Assembly (NCBI GenBank): GCA_000002445.1
Contig: CM000207.1
Coordinates: 1,504,001 to 1,568,000, forward strand
Source of the DNA: Trypanosoma brucei
Taxonomy: Eukaryota
Length of the DNA: 64,000 nucleotides
Reading direction: 5' to 3'
The position numbers and the translations under genes are program-made. Positions 31,896 to 42,606 of this stretch are shown one piece after another. How positions within the stretch are numbered: position 1 is the stretch's first letter; each line of letters begins with the position of its first letter. Under the pieces are notes generated by a model. The model worked only from the letters and a program-made list of their open reading frames with translations, was not told where the DNA came from and made no database searches.

Positions 31896-33170
31896 TCACG
31901 AGCGGACCCTTGTTCCCCCTGTATCCTTCAGTGCGCCATCCTTTCCGCTCTTACAACTTTTATCACCAAAGCAGCTGTTGTCCGGAATGAGATCCTCCTC
32001 TCTAAATTCAGCACGATGCGCCTTCCATCCCGGTGCTGCAAAGTTTAGCCCCTTTCCAAATGACACCCTTTTCTCCGAGGCCACTGAAGCGGGGGAAGAA
32101 ATCCTTTTTTTACCGTATCCCATGGCACTTTGTGCACCCCCAAACCACACTGGAGCGACTGGTGGCTGCGGCGGCCGAGATATGTTTTCCTCCTCCACAC
32201 TGTCAAAAAGATGACTTACGTAGGGGAACTGGACGGACATGCGGGTGTAAAAACCATCGTCAGTGTAGGAGAACTTGTTAGTGTCTGCCTTCCCTTCAGT
32301 TGGGAAGTTGAAGAAGCTGCGGAATTTGTTTGAACGGAGAAGGATTGGCTGAAGCAATCCAACCAAGCCCATACCTAGAAAATATAGGCAAACTCCAGAG
32401 CGGAACTGTAACGCAACCGGGAGAACACAAAGACACCCAAGTCGGGCACCCCATACAACGTTTGACATCCACCCCGTCTTCAGTTCTTTACTAATCGATA
32501 ACTCAAAGTTGGCCAAAGTTAAACCGCAGAATGCCAGCGGTAAAATACCATACGGATCAGGCATTGTCAGCGAGGTGCACCACAGAAAAGGTGAGGTACC
32601 GAACTCCAGGTACGGATTCTCGCAGAGCGACTTCGCTTGAAACATACCAAATAATACAATTGGGGAACCGAGTATTGACGACAGACACTGCGCATTTGAC
32701 GTCTTTTCCTCCGCAAACACACGGCGTCGCTCACCTTTCAGTGCGGTTGCTGCCAACTGGATATCAAGGGATGTGGCCCCTTCACTGTGGTACACGCGTT
32801 GGTACGCCTCATGAGGGGTCTTCAACTTACAAATTGCTTTTCGCATCCGCTCCGACGCGCGCTCACCATAGAGCGAAAAGCCCAATGTAGCGACACGGCA
32901 AAGGACACCAAGAAGAAGGATGGCCTCCGGGGCCCCTAAATTCAACCCTTCCTGGAAACTGACGAACATGTTTGTGATGAATGCAGGTTCTTGTGAAGGT
33001 GCGATGCCCACATCTGACACCCCGAACCAGTGGCAGTTCCATATGCGATCCAAATAGTCAAAGTATGTTACCCGTTCATTGGACGATACAGTGCACCTGC
33101 TGGTGAGGATTGGAGTGCAGAACACCGGCATCGCCCTTTGCACTGTGGAGCTTCGAACCAATTTCCGCAT
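31896..33170 (-). CDS. mitochondrial inner-membrane insertase, Oxa1/YidC/Alb3 family
   Basis: The ORF track starts at a TTG; the first ATG gives MRKLVRSSTVQRAMPVF, which is presequence-like. The conserved YidC core is present: MPDPYGILPLAFCGLTLANFELS (cf. DPYYILPILMGVTMF) and GVCLYFLGMGLVGLLQPILLR (cf. LVLYYIVSNLVTIIQQ). Confidence 0.6.
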   Translation of the reverse strand: MRKLVRSSTVQRAMPVFCTPILTSRCTVSSNERVTYFDYLDRIWNCHWFGVSDVGIAPSQEPAFITNMFVSFQEGLNLGAPEAILLLGVLCRVATLGFSLYGERASERMRKAICKLKTPHEAYQRVYHSEGATSLDIQLAATALKGERRRVFAEEKTSNAQCLSSILGSPIVLFGMFQAKSLCENPYLEFGTSPFLWCTSLTMPDPYGILPLAFCGLTLANFELSISKELKTGWMSNVVWGARLGCLCVLPVALQFRSGVCLYFLGMGLVGLLQPILLRSNKFRSFFNFPTEGKADTNKFSYTDDGFYTRMSVQFPYVSHLFDSVEEENISRPPQPPVAPVWFGGAQSAMGYGKKRISSPASVASEKRVSFGKGLNFAAPGWKAHRAEFREEDLIPDNSCFGDKSCKSGKDGALKDTGGTRVRS

Positions 33171-33553
33171 GACGGCTGACAACGCAAGAGCATTGGTGTT
33201 TGTTCATGTGGTATATTTACCAGTACATGGCAACCAGTCACGCAACCAATTACGGTGGAACGCATACACGAGGAGATAAAAGAAAGACAAATGAAGTATT
33301 ATGCGCGTGTTTGTTTGTGCATATGTATGTATAAGAGTGACAGTAGATCAGTACCCAGTTGCACCACGGAAAGGCAAACCATCTCCCCTCTACAATGCTC
33401 ATCCTTTGCCACTAATATGTACGTTCGCTTTTATCACATCTCGCTTCTCTTCCTGACGACCCATCCCGTTTTCCATCCCCCTGGTCTTCATGTCACATCC
33501 CTCAAGACACCGTTGAACAAGGGGGAAAAAAAGGGAAGATGAATAATCGTTGC

Positions 33554-33997
33554 TCACTTGTATGCTACGAGTGCTGGGCGCAAGTGCACATCCAGCCTCC
33601 GCTGCACCGCCGCCGTTTTCAATTTGAGGAGACCCATTTCCACTTGATAGCCTACCAGGCACAGAATAGCTTTTCCACCCACCGACATGGCGCAGAGTTT
33701 CTTACTACCGAAATCGATCAAGACTTGCTCCAAAGCTTCAGGTTCTAATTCATTTGTTATCTTGCTTTTTGCCAAGTCATTTTGGGCGCTTGCACGCCAT
33801 ACGTTTCCTATGGCAGCAATGATCATGGTTCGTTCCCTTGAGTACGAGTATTCTTCGCTGCTTGATGCAGAGGACAACAGGACACCTTCTTCGTCGAGAA
33901 GAAGTGCCGCCAAAATACCACTCCCCACGGCGCCATGCAGACACTCATTAACTACTGCCGCTTCAAGCATAGCTGTTTCTCCGGCTTTCCGAGACAT
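33554..33997 (-). CDS. Roadblock/LC7-domain protein, LAMTOR2 (p14)-like
   Basis: The ORF track starts at a TTG; ATG candidates are at 33997 and 33970. It is collinear with LAMTOR2: GSGILAALLLDEEGVLLSSAS (cf. GGVQSTLLLNNEGSLLAYSG), AAIGNVWRASAQND (cf. AAIASNIWAAYDRNG), LIDFGSKKLCAMSVGGKAILCLVGYQVEMGLLKLKTAAVQ (cf. [41 protein letters not shown]). Confidence 0.5.
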   Translation of the reverse strand: MSRKAGETAMLEAAVVNECLHGAVGSGILAALLLDEEGVLLSSASSSEEYSYSRERTMIIAAIGNVWRASAQNDLAKSKITNELEPEALEQVLIDFGSKKLCAMSVGGKAILCLVGYQVEMGLLKLKTAAVQRRLDVHLRPALVAYK

Positions 33998-35176
33998 TGA
34001 TAATGAACTGCAGCCCACAAGCAACTATATGCGTTGTACGCTTTCGTGTATCCTTTGGTGTATGTATGTGCCCACGATAATTGTGTTCGACTCCTTGCAC
34101 AGCCCTCTGGAATTAAAATTAAGGAGAGGGGAAAGACAGCTGAGCCTCCTGTCTCAAAAAATAAATTGACCGACAGTGTGTGTGTGCGTGTGAGAAACAG
34201 CAAATGTCGCGTGCAGGTCAAGTTAGTGGTGCCAAAACCGTGTAAGAAGTAATACGCTATACGCAAACGAACGAATGAACGAACTGAGCTACAAAGAATA
34301 GGGAGGGCGTGATGGCAATGCCACCGAGCTTACTCTTCTCTTTCGTCCCCCTGGTCCTACGCGCGTGTATTACTTATGTTTTCCTTTTCGTCCCGCCAGT
34401 CGCCCCCTCACAAAATAAAAATCCTTCGGGACCATCACCCGGTAACAAATAACCTGTGCCCCTCCTGCGATATTGAGTGCAGCTCTCACACGGACCCCAC
34501 ATGTCTTAACCACACGCCCACAGATATCTTAACCGACCGAACGCTGCACTAATGGTGCGAAGTTGCAGAGAAAACAAAGAGAAAAGGGAAAACAAATGCC
34601 ATCCAACACGTGACCAATGATCTCAATGGATTTTACTTGTTTCCAATAGGGAAGCTACCTCCAACCCTCTCCTTGAAGACAATGGTCTAGGCAATCAAAA
34701 GGAAGACACAAGCAACGCAATCAGATGTGTAGAAGCACCCTGTATAAATGCAGCTGCGGGTCTAGCTCATTTTGAGAGCCTGTCCGTACTGTCACGAATA
34801 ACTGTTGTCGAGTTTCTCTTTTCCCCTCATTGCCGTACATACACACTGAGGCCTTTTTTTGTTTGCCCTTATGTGCACCACTCGATGGCTACATCAATAC
34901 GGTTTTAGCCAAGAGTCGAATAGTTTATTCACAACAACCTGAATGAATAAAATAATAATAATAATGAGCCTACTGTATTGTATTTGGGGTGGCAACACAT
35001 CCCGCTTGCATACTGCGTTCCTTTAGTTGCTTGGTCGTCCTGTTCTGTTCCTCATGCCAGTCGATCTTGCGGCTGTTTTATCTCTGCACGCCTTGTCGTC
35101 ACACCAAGTCATGTAGCCAGACTGAAGCGCTCCATGACTGAACCAAACTGAGGATGGGATGTGACACTCACATCCT

Positions 35177-36124
35177 TCAGTTCTTGAAAAATACAACTGG
35201 TTCTTCTAAAGCTGCCACGCACTTGAACGGCAAGTCGTGGGCAAAGTCTTGAGGCACATAGCGGGACGGCGGCGGCATGCTTCTGTCGAGCAAATCGAAA
35301 GTCGCGAGGAATGAAGCAACCAATGACCCGTTGAACAAACGGAACGTTTTATCAGGTTCGACGAAGGTAGCCAAATGCTGCTTCATCACCTCCATCTCCT
35401 TCAGTTTTTCCTTTTGCCCATTTATGGCGGAGTTTGACGCACCGCTTTTAATCATCTGGTAGATCTTACACCTCTGGCGGCACATATCCACCACACATTC
35501 ATAGTGTTTGTGCTCCCGATTGTACCGCATACTTGCTGAGAACAAATACCACGGATGGGGTTCGAGTTTCTGAACCTCCTCCGCGAAGACAGATGCAACC
35601 GCTGCATTGGGCTTGCGTCCAGCATCCGCATCGGCTACAACGAGCCTCCTAAGCGCAATACCACGCGGCATTCGATCTTTGATAAACTTTTCCAAGCTCA
35701 ACACATGAGCTCCCGTGAAATCACTGAAGAAAACATGGGGGACTCCCTCCTTTACCCAAATGACCCCAACATCATCCCACGAAGACTTCAGCAGAACCTT
35801 CGACAGAACACTGTACAGTTTGTGGCCCCAAGTAGGCAGCGTGTACCACCGATTACAGATTGCGATAACATCACCTGTTCGGAACGCACCCGGTGGTAGC
35901 TCTGTCACTTCCCACGTCGCACGATAGTACATGTCCCTTCCCTCAGCAACAATTAATATTGATATGGGAAGCGCCTGCAACACCGCCTTGAGATGGACAT
36001 GTAGTTTCTGCCGCCGCGATAACTTTGGGCCAATGCTCGCCATAATAGTAGCGCGGCGAACGCACAGGGCCCTACAAATGTTGGGGATAGGGACAGAAGT
36101 AAAGCAAGAGAGAAAGATAAGCAT
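35177..36124 (-). CDS. hypothetical protein
   Basis: The 315-aa ORF starts with ATG (alternative ATG at aa 28, MASIGPKL). It is co-directional with its neighbours. I recognise no family. Confidence 0.4.
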   Translation of the reverse strand: MLIFLSCFTSVPIPNICRALCVRRATIMASIGPKLSRRQKLHVHLKAVLQALPISILIVAEGRDMYYRATWEVTELPPGAFRTGDVIAICNRWYTLPTWGHKLYSVLSKVLLKSSWDDVGVIWVKEGVPHVFFSDFTGAHVLSLEKFIKDRMPRGIALRRLVVADADAGRKPNAAVASVFAEEVQKLEPHPWYLFSASMRYNREHKHYECVVDMCRQRCKIYQMIKSGASNSAINGQKEKLKEMEVMKQHLATFVEPDKTFRLFNGSLVASFLATFDLLDRSMPPPSRYVPQDFAHDLPFKCVAALEEPVVFFKN

Positions 36125-36266
36125 TTCTTTGAGTGAAAAGGCAAGAGTACCAGACAGATTAATGGCGATGTTGCTCCTGATTCCAGTCCATCAGCTTTCG
36201 ATGAAAGAAAAATTTAAAGAATGGTAAGAGTACGGCAAAGTGTAGACGTGCATTTGTGCATACTGC

Positions 36267-37337
36267 CTACTTGCCACTCTCCGACAATCCGTATGTGACC
36301 AACGCCTCGCCCGCCTTAACGATATCCCCTGGTTTAACCGCTACTGACGCAGTTTTTGGAATGTCCAAAACCAGCACGACGGAGGAACCCCAGTAAAAGG
36401 TAGAGAGGAGGTCCCCTTTTTTTGATGTGGCCGCCCTGCTATAACACCTGTGTACAGCGTATTCCGGGGGAGCTAAAAAATTTGTTTTGATGCGTTGATC
36501 CAAATGCAGTACGATACGCCCAGTTAGTGTGCCGCCCACAAGGGCCAACCCCATGTTCCCACTGGCACTGTGCTCGTCAGTCCAACTTCCAAGGAGAACC
36601 ACCCGCTCGTTTAATGGAAGGACAGAGGGAATCCAGTGATATCCCGCCGGTGTGTGCGGTAGTAAAGCACCGGGTATATACACGACTTCCTTACAAGTAA
36701 ACAAACACGGCGTTACCACATGATGATAATCTTGGGTTCGCAGATGTAAAGCAACAGCAATCCGCCGATTCCCCTCTGCCACGGTTCCCAGCGGGCTATG
36801 GAAAAGCCGTCTTACGCTATATGTTACTCCCTTAACCTGCAGCAACTGATCGTCTACCACATCCTCCTGGACTGAGAGCACAACACCATCGGAAGGCATA
36901 ACAACAGGTGACGTGGCAACTCGTCGCTCGCCATCTTCCCACCTACGAACGAAGAATTCTTGCAGTGTTTTATATTCCCGTTCTTTTCCCCGCGGCGCAT
37001 CCATACCGTACCACCAAATGATTGCCGCAATAACTGCACGATGGAAAGAAGACGGCAAACATTCATTCTCACTTATCCTTCCGCAGATGTGCGAAATATA
37101 GTTGAAGGGGAAAAGCATTAGCATCTCCAACATTCCAACAGAACACAAGCGAGTTCCCCCCTCGGGGTGACGTGTTGCCTCCCATGCGGCAAGTTGGTAC
37201 CGCCCACCGACGTAAACTGCGCCACCAATGATCGCACCACCAAAGAGGTAGTGATACAACCAGCGCCGCATCGGGTTTGTGAAGGGTCTCGTTGTGTCAT
37301 TCTTGTAGAACCGCAGTTGTCGTGTGAGCGAAGCCAT
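36267..37337 (-). CDS. PSD: phosphatidylserine decarboxylase proenzyme
   Basis: The 356-aa ORF starts with ATG. It has an N-terminal TM/mitochondrial targeting region. PSD blocks are present: FFVRRW...PSDGVV, LHLRTQDYHHVVTPC. The C-terminal FYWGSSVV matches the autocatalytic LGST cleavage site. Confidence 0.7.
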   Translation of the reverse strand: MASLTRQLRFYKNDTTRPFTNPMRRWLYHYLFGGAIIGGAVYVGGRYQLAAWEATRHPEGGTRLCSVGMLEMLMLFPFNYISHICGRISENECLPSSFHRAVIAAIIWWYGMDAPRGKEREYKTLQEFFVRRWEDGERRVATSPVVMPSDGVVLSVQEDVVDDQLLQVKGVTYSVRRLFHSPLGTVAEGNRRIAVALHLRTQDYHHVVTPCLFTCKEVVYIPGALLPHTPAGYHWIPSVLPLNERVVLLGSWTDEHSASGNMGLALVGGTLTGRIVLHLDQRIKTNFLAPPEYAVHRCYSRAATSKKGDLLSTFYWGSSVVLVLDIPKTASVAVKPGDIVKAGEALVTYGLSESGK

Positions 37338-38256
37338 GAAAGAATCAGTCCCTTTTCTGTTTTAGTTGCTTTCTTCCAGCGGGTCCTTTAGTATTTAACA
37401 AGGTGTGGGAGATTCCCCTCACTCCTCACCCAAGTTTTCTCGTTAGACCACCGCTGGGTGCTCTACCATCGTAAAAAAAAAAACAAAGTTAAAGAAAGAG
37501 ATACTGGCGGACGCACATTACGTATTTATGTTTAGGCGTATGACAGCTCGTCGGAATATATATGAGAATATGAAAATATAAGATCAAATGAAAGCAGAAA
37601 CTTACTCCACCAGGAGTATCTGAAATGTGAAGTCCCTGGTCAGTTGGAGGCGCTGTATCGGCCCAAATTTGCAAAACAAAAATCAAACAGTAACTTGAAG
37701 GTACGCCGAATAGCAAAGGAATAAGATGCACCAACAAATAATTTAAAAAAAGGATTTCACCGATAACCAGCTCATTATGTTAGAAAAGGTAAACATAACC
37801 ATAACACTAAAAGAGAGAATCATCTCAACAACCCCTTTCTTCGCTTAAGTTTGTCCGTAGATCATTGCCCTTTAACGTGGCTGATTTTGTAGTTAATTAC
37901 ATTTATTTACAATTATTTTTCCTCTTTTAAAAATATTCATTTATGAGTTATATCAATACTTCCCCCCTCCCATCCTAACGGCCACCTTCCTCTTTCCTTA
38001 ACGGGCGTCGCCGTTGCCATCAGGGAAGTGACACCTTAGTTACCGGGGAAATGGGGTTCCATCAGCAGCACAGCCGTGAGCCAACAGAAGGTCAAATTGA
38101 AAAAAGAAAAGCTAAAAACAGAGATATAGCAGCTTGGTAGACAAGCAGGGGATCCCCAAACCCTAAATTAATAACGAGACAAACGGAAATGCGTGACTAT
38201 CAACAGTGCGTGTGAATAACAAAATTGGGAGTAACGGGCACAGGCGAACTCCCGTG

Positions 38257-41200
38257 TTACTCACCGTCACGAGCGAGCAGCCGCTTGACAACGTAGCTAG
38301 TGATTGGCCAGAGTCGCTGCTGGTCTGCCTCACAAAGACTTGAAAAGCCTCGTATTGTCCCCGCGCAATATGATGAACCGCACAGGCAAACAAAAGGGCT
38401 GTTCATTACCCACTCTGTAGTACAATAGTTGAATGTAACCATTTCCCCTTTCGAAATTTCCCTCAGTGTCACAAACCGAAGTCTGGTCTTCTGTTCATTT
38501 ACCTCAACTTGCACATTCGGGTCACAGTGGTGAGCAATGCACTCCGCACCCTCACCAAAGAGAAGGTGCCTACTCTCACCCACACAAATGGTGTACATTG
38601 TGGGAAACGGGACAACAAATCCAGACACATCAAAAAGGACGACCCCCTTCTTGATGAATGTGCTTGCATAGGCCGTCTGGCCCATGTCTCCGTTCTGACG
38701 GATTTCAATTAGGGGTGATGTTGACTTAACAGTCCAGCCATCGCGCATGGCCTGCGCCCGCACGGGAGGTTCACACAAGTAAAGGTTTTGTTGCTTAGTG
38801 TCCTCTTCCATATGACAGAATCCGAGGCAATGCTGAGAGTACGCTCGAGGAAATAGTGGTTTCATATCATATACGAAGTAATTCATATTAACCGTTAATA
38901 GTTCACCCGCTTCAATGCTGCGCAGCGCCAGGAAGCGGCCTTCCACCAGCACGGTGTTCCCTTCCTCCTTATGTTGAATGATGTACCCATTTTCACCAAC
39001 TGCAACCTGTACTGGTTGAATGTCAATGTTCGTGCACTCCAATAGCACCGTTTTGCGCGCGACAGGGCTCACCGCGTATAACATTCTTGACTGATTGACA
39101 TCCAGGACGGGTGGTAGTCTTACAGACGCAGTTAAGCCGGCCAGTCGACGCATTGCAGGCGTAATGTACCTTTGAAGCATGGACCGCTGCGCGCTTGAAA
39201 GGAATTTGAACCCACGAATATTGTGCAAGCAGCTGGAACTATTACACTTACATTGGAACGGGCTGTGCAGCTCCCATTCTGTCGTCACGAAGTTCGCCGT
39301 CACGACCTCCCCGACGGCGATGTCTCTTATGGTTTCAAACTCTATCGCCTCATTTAAAGCATCCACGCGTATACAAGTGTTTGGATCGCAACTGTGGGAC
39401 ACGAACTGCGCACCGCCAGAGGGAAGGAGGTGTCTGCGTTCCCCCAGTTGCAACGTGAGAGGCGTTGGGAATGGCAAAGAACGTCCCTTTGTGGCGAGCA
39501 AGCGAGTGCCGGCCGCAACGCGAGTTTTGGCAATAACCTCCAAGCCGGCAGTGCAGCTGCGGAGTCCAATAAGCTGAGAGTCAGAGCGACTTGTGAAACC
39601 ATCCCGTATTGCAGCAGCGCGCACGTCCGGCTGCGCGAAAACGATTAGTGCCTCCTTATCTTGCTCATCCAACCATTTGAAACCTCGAACCTTGTGCGGC
39701 TGAGCAAAGCGGCAACACTTGCACTCGATCTCTTCTGGAAGCGAGTAGCTCAGGCAATTAAGGTTAACGTTTAGTTCATCACCGGCAGAAACAGTACGTA
39801 GCAGTACGACCCTCTTCTCAATGAGCGCCGCGGTTGGAGAGCAGTGGTGTTTGAGGCGAACTCCATCAATGTAAACGAAGTTGTCTAAAACTTCCACTGC
39901 TGAGTATTCGATGACGACTGTCCCTGCCACCATTTCGGTTGCCACATGTACCGTCCCCTCGTCGCATACCATAAGCCTTTTGGAAGCAATCTGTATCCAG
40001 GCACCTTTTGGGTTACTTTGAGTGTCCGCCACAAGGGACTTGATTGCTGTGGATGTCACGTTCCACAGCTTCTGACGCGCGTCATTGCCAAGGTGTTTAA
40101 ACCCCCCTATCCATCCGTAACATTTTTGCGATCCGCAGACACACATGAAAGGGTACTGCATATCCCATTCCGTCGTGAGGTAGTTAAATGATATGACCTC
40201 ACCTTTCCGAATATCTCGCAATGCAATGCACTCGATTGTCCTCGCAGTGTTGTCTGTAAGAACGCGTGTGTTTGGGTCGCAGCTGTGCGCAAGACACTGC
40301 GCTCCGCCACCAAAAAGAAGATGCCGCCTGTTGCTTAGAAGAATGGTATGCATAGTGGGAAAGGGTAAGGTAAGGCCATTCACGCGAAAGAATCGGGTTC
40401 CCTTTTTAATGTCAGACTTTGCGAATGTCGACTGCCCCATTTGCACATCCGCCTTCACTTCCACAAGTGGGGAAGAACTTTTAACGAGGAAACCATCCAA
40501 AACAGCGGCCTCTCGAACATGTGGGCTCGCACAAATCAGCTCAGCATTCTTCATCTCGTCAGTGAGGCCTTTGAAGCCGCTCACTTCTCCAACGCAGTGT
40601 TCTCCTTTGCAGTTGCACTTAAATGACGTAGTAGTGTAGCAAAGGTGGTTGATGTTGATTGTTACAGCTTCACCACGCAGCGAAGCCCGGCGAAGAACAA
40701 CACTTCGCCCCAGCAAAACAGCGTTGGCAAAGCACGAGTGCTTGACGCGTATATCATCCAGTGCAACCTCATCACCAATTACCTGAACGTCTGTGACGTT
40801 GAAGAGCTTAACCCCAGACGTCGTGTCACACATTAACCGAAGCTCCCCCGATGTCTCGTGAATAGAGATAAGCGAGTCATCAAGGGATGCCAACACACCA
40901 CGGCGTTGGCGCGAAAACATAGACTTCACTCCCCTTGCTGCGTGCGGCCACAAACGTAGTTGGGCCCTTGCGTCAAGATACCGAAAACCTCTGATAAGGC
41001 CATAGCAGTTAGCAGTACCACAGATGCACCTGAAGGAGGATGCTAACTCCCATTCAGTAGTGAGGTAGTCGTAAGTTAACATCTCGTCCAGTTTAATATC
41101 ACGCAGCGACAGGCAGTATCCGCTCTTTGTGGACCTGTCCATAACAACACGCAGGTTAGGTTCACAACTATGTGCGATGCAGCGTGCCTGATCCGTGAGA

Positions 41201-42606
41201 AAAAGATGCTCGTCATCCCCAACGAAAATTGTGTGTTTGGTTGCGAAGGGCAGTACCACGCCTCGCAGATCAAACACCTGTGTACCCTTGGGGATGAAGT
41301 CGCCGGCATAAGTTATTTCACCCATTGTTGGGTGCCTCCGTGTCACTGCCAGAGAATTACTGGAGCTCCAGGGACAGCCATTCTGCAGCGCCTCCAGAAA
41401 CACGGGCTGTTGTGTGAAAGGCAAGAGCTGCTTCTTTTCCTCATCACTGAGCCCACGAAACCCTCGAACGGTATTTGAGCATTTCGGGGAACCACATTTG
41501 CATTCGAAAGGCGCAGGAAGCTCATATTGAAGTGTGGAGAGGTTGAGAGAGAGTTGGTCCCCAGGTTGAAGCATCCGTAGCGACACAAGCCTGCCATCAA
41601 GAAGAACTGTATTGGCATCACAGCTGTGCGCAATGGACAAGCTGTCAATGACGACTCGGTGCGGGCGTATATCAAATCTGTCTACCTGCAACAGTACCGT
41701 GCCCGGTGGGACAAACTGCTGGGTGGCGATCTTACCATCAGAGGTCAAAGTAAGCACCGTTGACTTCTGCAGCCCAGCGAGTGATGCAGTTGGGGGAACC
41801 ACCGCACTGTGTCTCTCCTTGATGGCGGCACACACACTCGGCAATAGTTGCGCTTGCTGCTCTGATCCAAGGTGGCGAAATCCACGGATAATACCGTAGC
41901 ATGAAGTAGTCTTGCAGGCGCAGGAGAATGGATGCGCGATATCCCACTCGGTGCACAGGAAATTGCGTGTGAGTTGTTCTTCTTTTTCAATAGCTCGCGT
42001 AGCAACAGCGGATATGGTTGTTCCACTAATTTCAAGTTGAACGTTTGGTTGGCAAGAATGCCGGACGAATTCCACACAACAAGAGGGTCGCAAGTACTTC
42101 TTACCGGGTAGTTCAATTGTACCTTGTGCAGGGAACGGCAGAAGAAGCGCTGTACTAGTGAATACGATGCTTCCTGCTTCGTGACTGCAAGTTGCTAGGG
42201 TTGCAAAGCCAGAGTCTGGCTTCCGTACGATTTCCACACTCTTTTGGCAACAAGTGGCGATGAACCCGTCCGCAAGTGCCTGTTGGCGTACCTTCTCATC
42301 TGCGTAGGGAAATAAACGTTGTTGCTCGTCTTCTCTAGCGTTTTTGAAAGTAGAAGCAGCGGAGCCCTGAGGAAGCCTTGCGCCGTCATATATCACCAAA
42401 CAAGGGTTGACCACCACAAACTCATCTTTATTTATCTCCTGCGTGGCGATAAGGAAGTTATTAATGATGGTTGCGTTAAATTCTTCGCCTAGTGCTACGC
42501 GGCGTTCGTCATCCAGGACAAGTTCGCCGTTCCCAAATGTATAGTTTGTGGGAATAGGGCATATCACCTCACCGATCTTGAAGCAGAAATTGGCTTTCAT
42601 TACCAT
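38257..42606 (-). CDS. giant poly-SET protein: about 8-9 tandem SET + post-SET methyltransferase-like modules
   Basis: The 1449-aa ORF starts with ATG. The SET C-terminal motif xHSCxPN/AN occurs 8 times (RHSCQPN, AHSCDAN, AHSCEPN, KHSCFAN, AHSCDPN, KHHCSPT, SHSCDPN, AHHCDPN). Each is followed by TTEW and a post-SET cysteine cluster FxCxCGSxxCxGxIRGFxxL, e.g. FSCACKTTSCYGIIRGFRHL, FECKCGSPKCSNTVRGFRGL, FRCICGTANCYGLIRGFRYL. Modules alternate between two subtypes (LPFPT...HSCxPN and HSCxAN...LxxNxxxLxY). Confidence 0.75.
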   Translation of the reverse strand: MVMKANFCFKIGEVICPIPTNYTFGNGELVLDDERRVALGEEFNATIINNFLIATQEINKDEFVVVNPCLVIYDGARLPQGSAASTFKNAREDEQQRLFPYADEKVRQQALADGFIATCCQKSVEIVRKPDSGFATLATCSHEAGSIVFTSTALLLPFPAQGTIELPGKKYLRPSCCVEFVRHSCQPNVQLEISGTTISAVATRAIEKEEQLTRNFLCTEWDIAHPFSCACKTTSCYGIIRGFRHLGSEQQAQLLPSVCAAIKERHSAVVPPTASLAGLQKSTVLTLTSDGKIATQQFVPPGTVLLQVDRFDIRPHRVVIDSLSIAHSCDANTVLLDGRLVSLRMLQPGDQLSLNLSTLQYELPAPFECKCGSPKCSNTVRGFRGLSDEEKKQLLPFTQQPVFLEALQNGCPWSSSNSLAVTRRHPTMGEITYAGDFIPKGTQVFDLRGVVLPFATKHTIFVGDDEHLFLTDQARCIAHSCEPNLRVVMDRSTKSGYCLSLRDIKLDEMLTYDYLTTEWELASSFRCICGTANCYGLIRGFRYLDARAQLRLWPHAARGVKSMFSRQRRGVLASLDDSLISIHETSGELRLMCDTTSGVKLFNVTDVQVIGDEVALDDIRVKHSCFANAVLLGRSVVLRRASLRGEAVTININHLCYTTTSFKCNCKGEHCVGEVSGFKGLTDEMKNAELICASPHVREAAVLDGFLVKSSSPLVEVKADVQMGQSTFAKSDIKKGTRFFRVNGLTLPFPTMHTILLSNRRHLLFGGGAQCLAHSCDPNTRVLTDNTARTIECIALRDIRKGEVISFNYLTTEWDMQYPFMCVCGSQKCYGWIGGFKHLGNDARQKLWNVTSTAIKSLVADTQSNPKGAWIQIASKRLMVCDEGTVHVATEMVAGTVVIEYSAVEVLDNFVYIDGVRLKHHCSPTAALIEKRVVLLRTVSAGDELNVNLNCLSYSLPEEIECKCCRFAQPHKVRGFKWLDEQDKEALIVFAQPDVRAAAIRDGFTSRSDSQLIGLRSCTAGLEVIAKTRVAAGTRLLATKGRSLPFPTPLTLQLGERRHLLPSGGAQFVSHSCDPNTCIRVDALNEAIEFETIRDIAVGEVVTANFVTTEWELHSPFQCKCNSSSCLHNIRGFKFLSSAQRSMLQRYITPAMRRLAGLTASVRLPPVLDVNQSRMLYAVSPVARKTVLLECTNIDIQPVQVAVGENGYIIQHKEEGNTVLVEGRFLALRSIEAGELLTVNMNYFVYDMKPLFPRAYSQHCLGFCHMEEDTKQQNLYLCEPPVRAQAMRDGWTVKSTSPLIEIRQNGDMGQTAYASTFIKKGVVLFDVSGFVVPFPTMYTICVGESRHLLFGEGAECIAHHCDPNVQVEVNEQKTRLRFVTLREISKGEMVTFNYCTTEWVMNSPFVCLCGSSYCAGTIRGFSSLCEADQQRLWPITSYVVKRLLARDGE

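Noticed and set aside
38150-38165. single telomere-like unit aaaccctaaa
   Set aside because: Only one hexamer repeat, expected by chance. It is also on the strand that is not transcribed in this unit.
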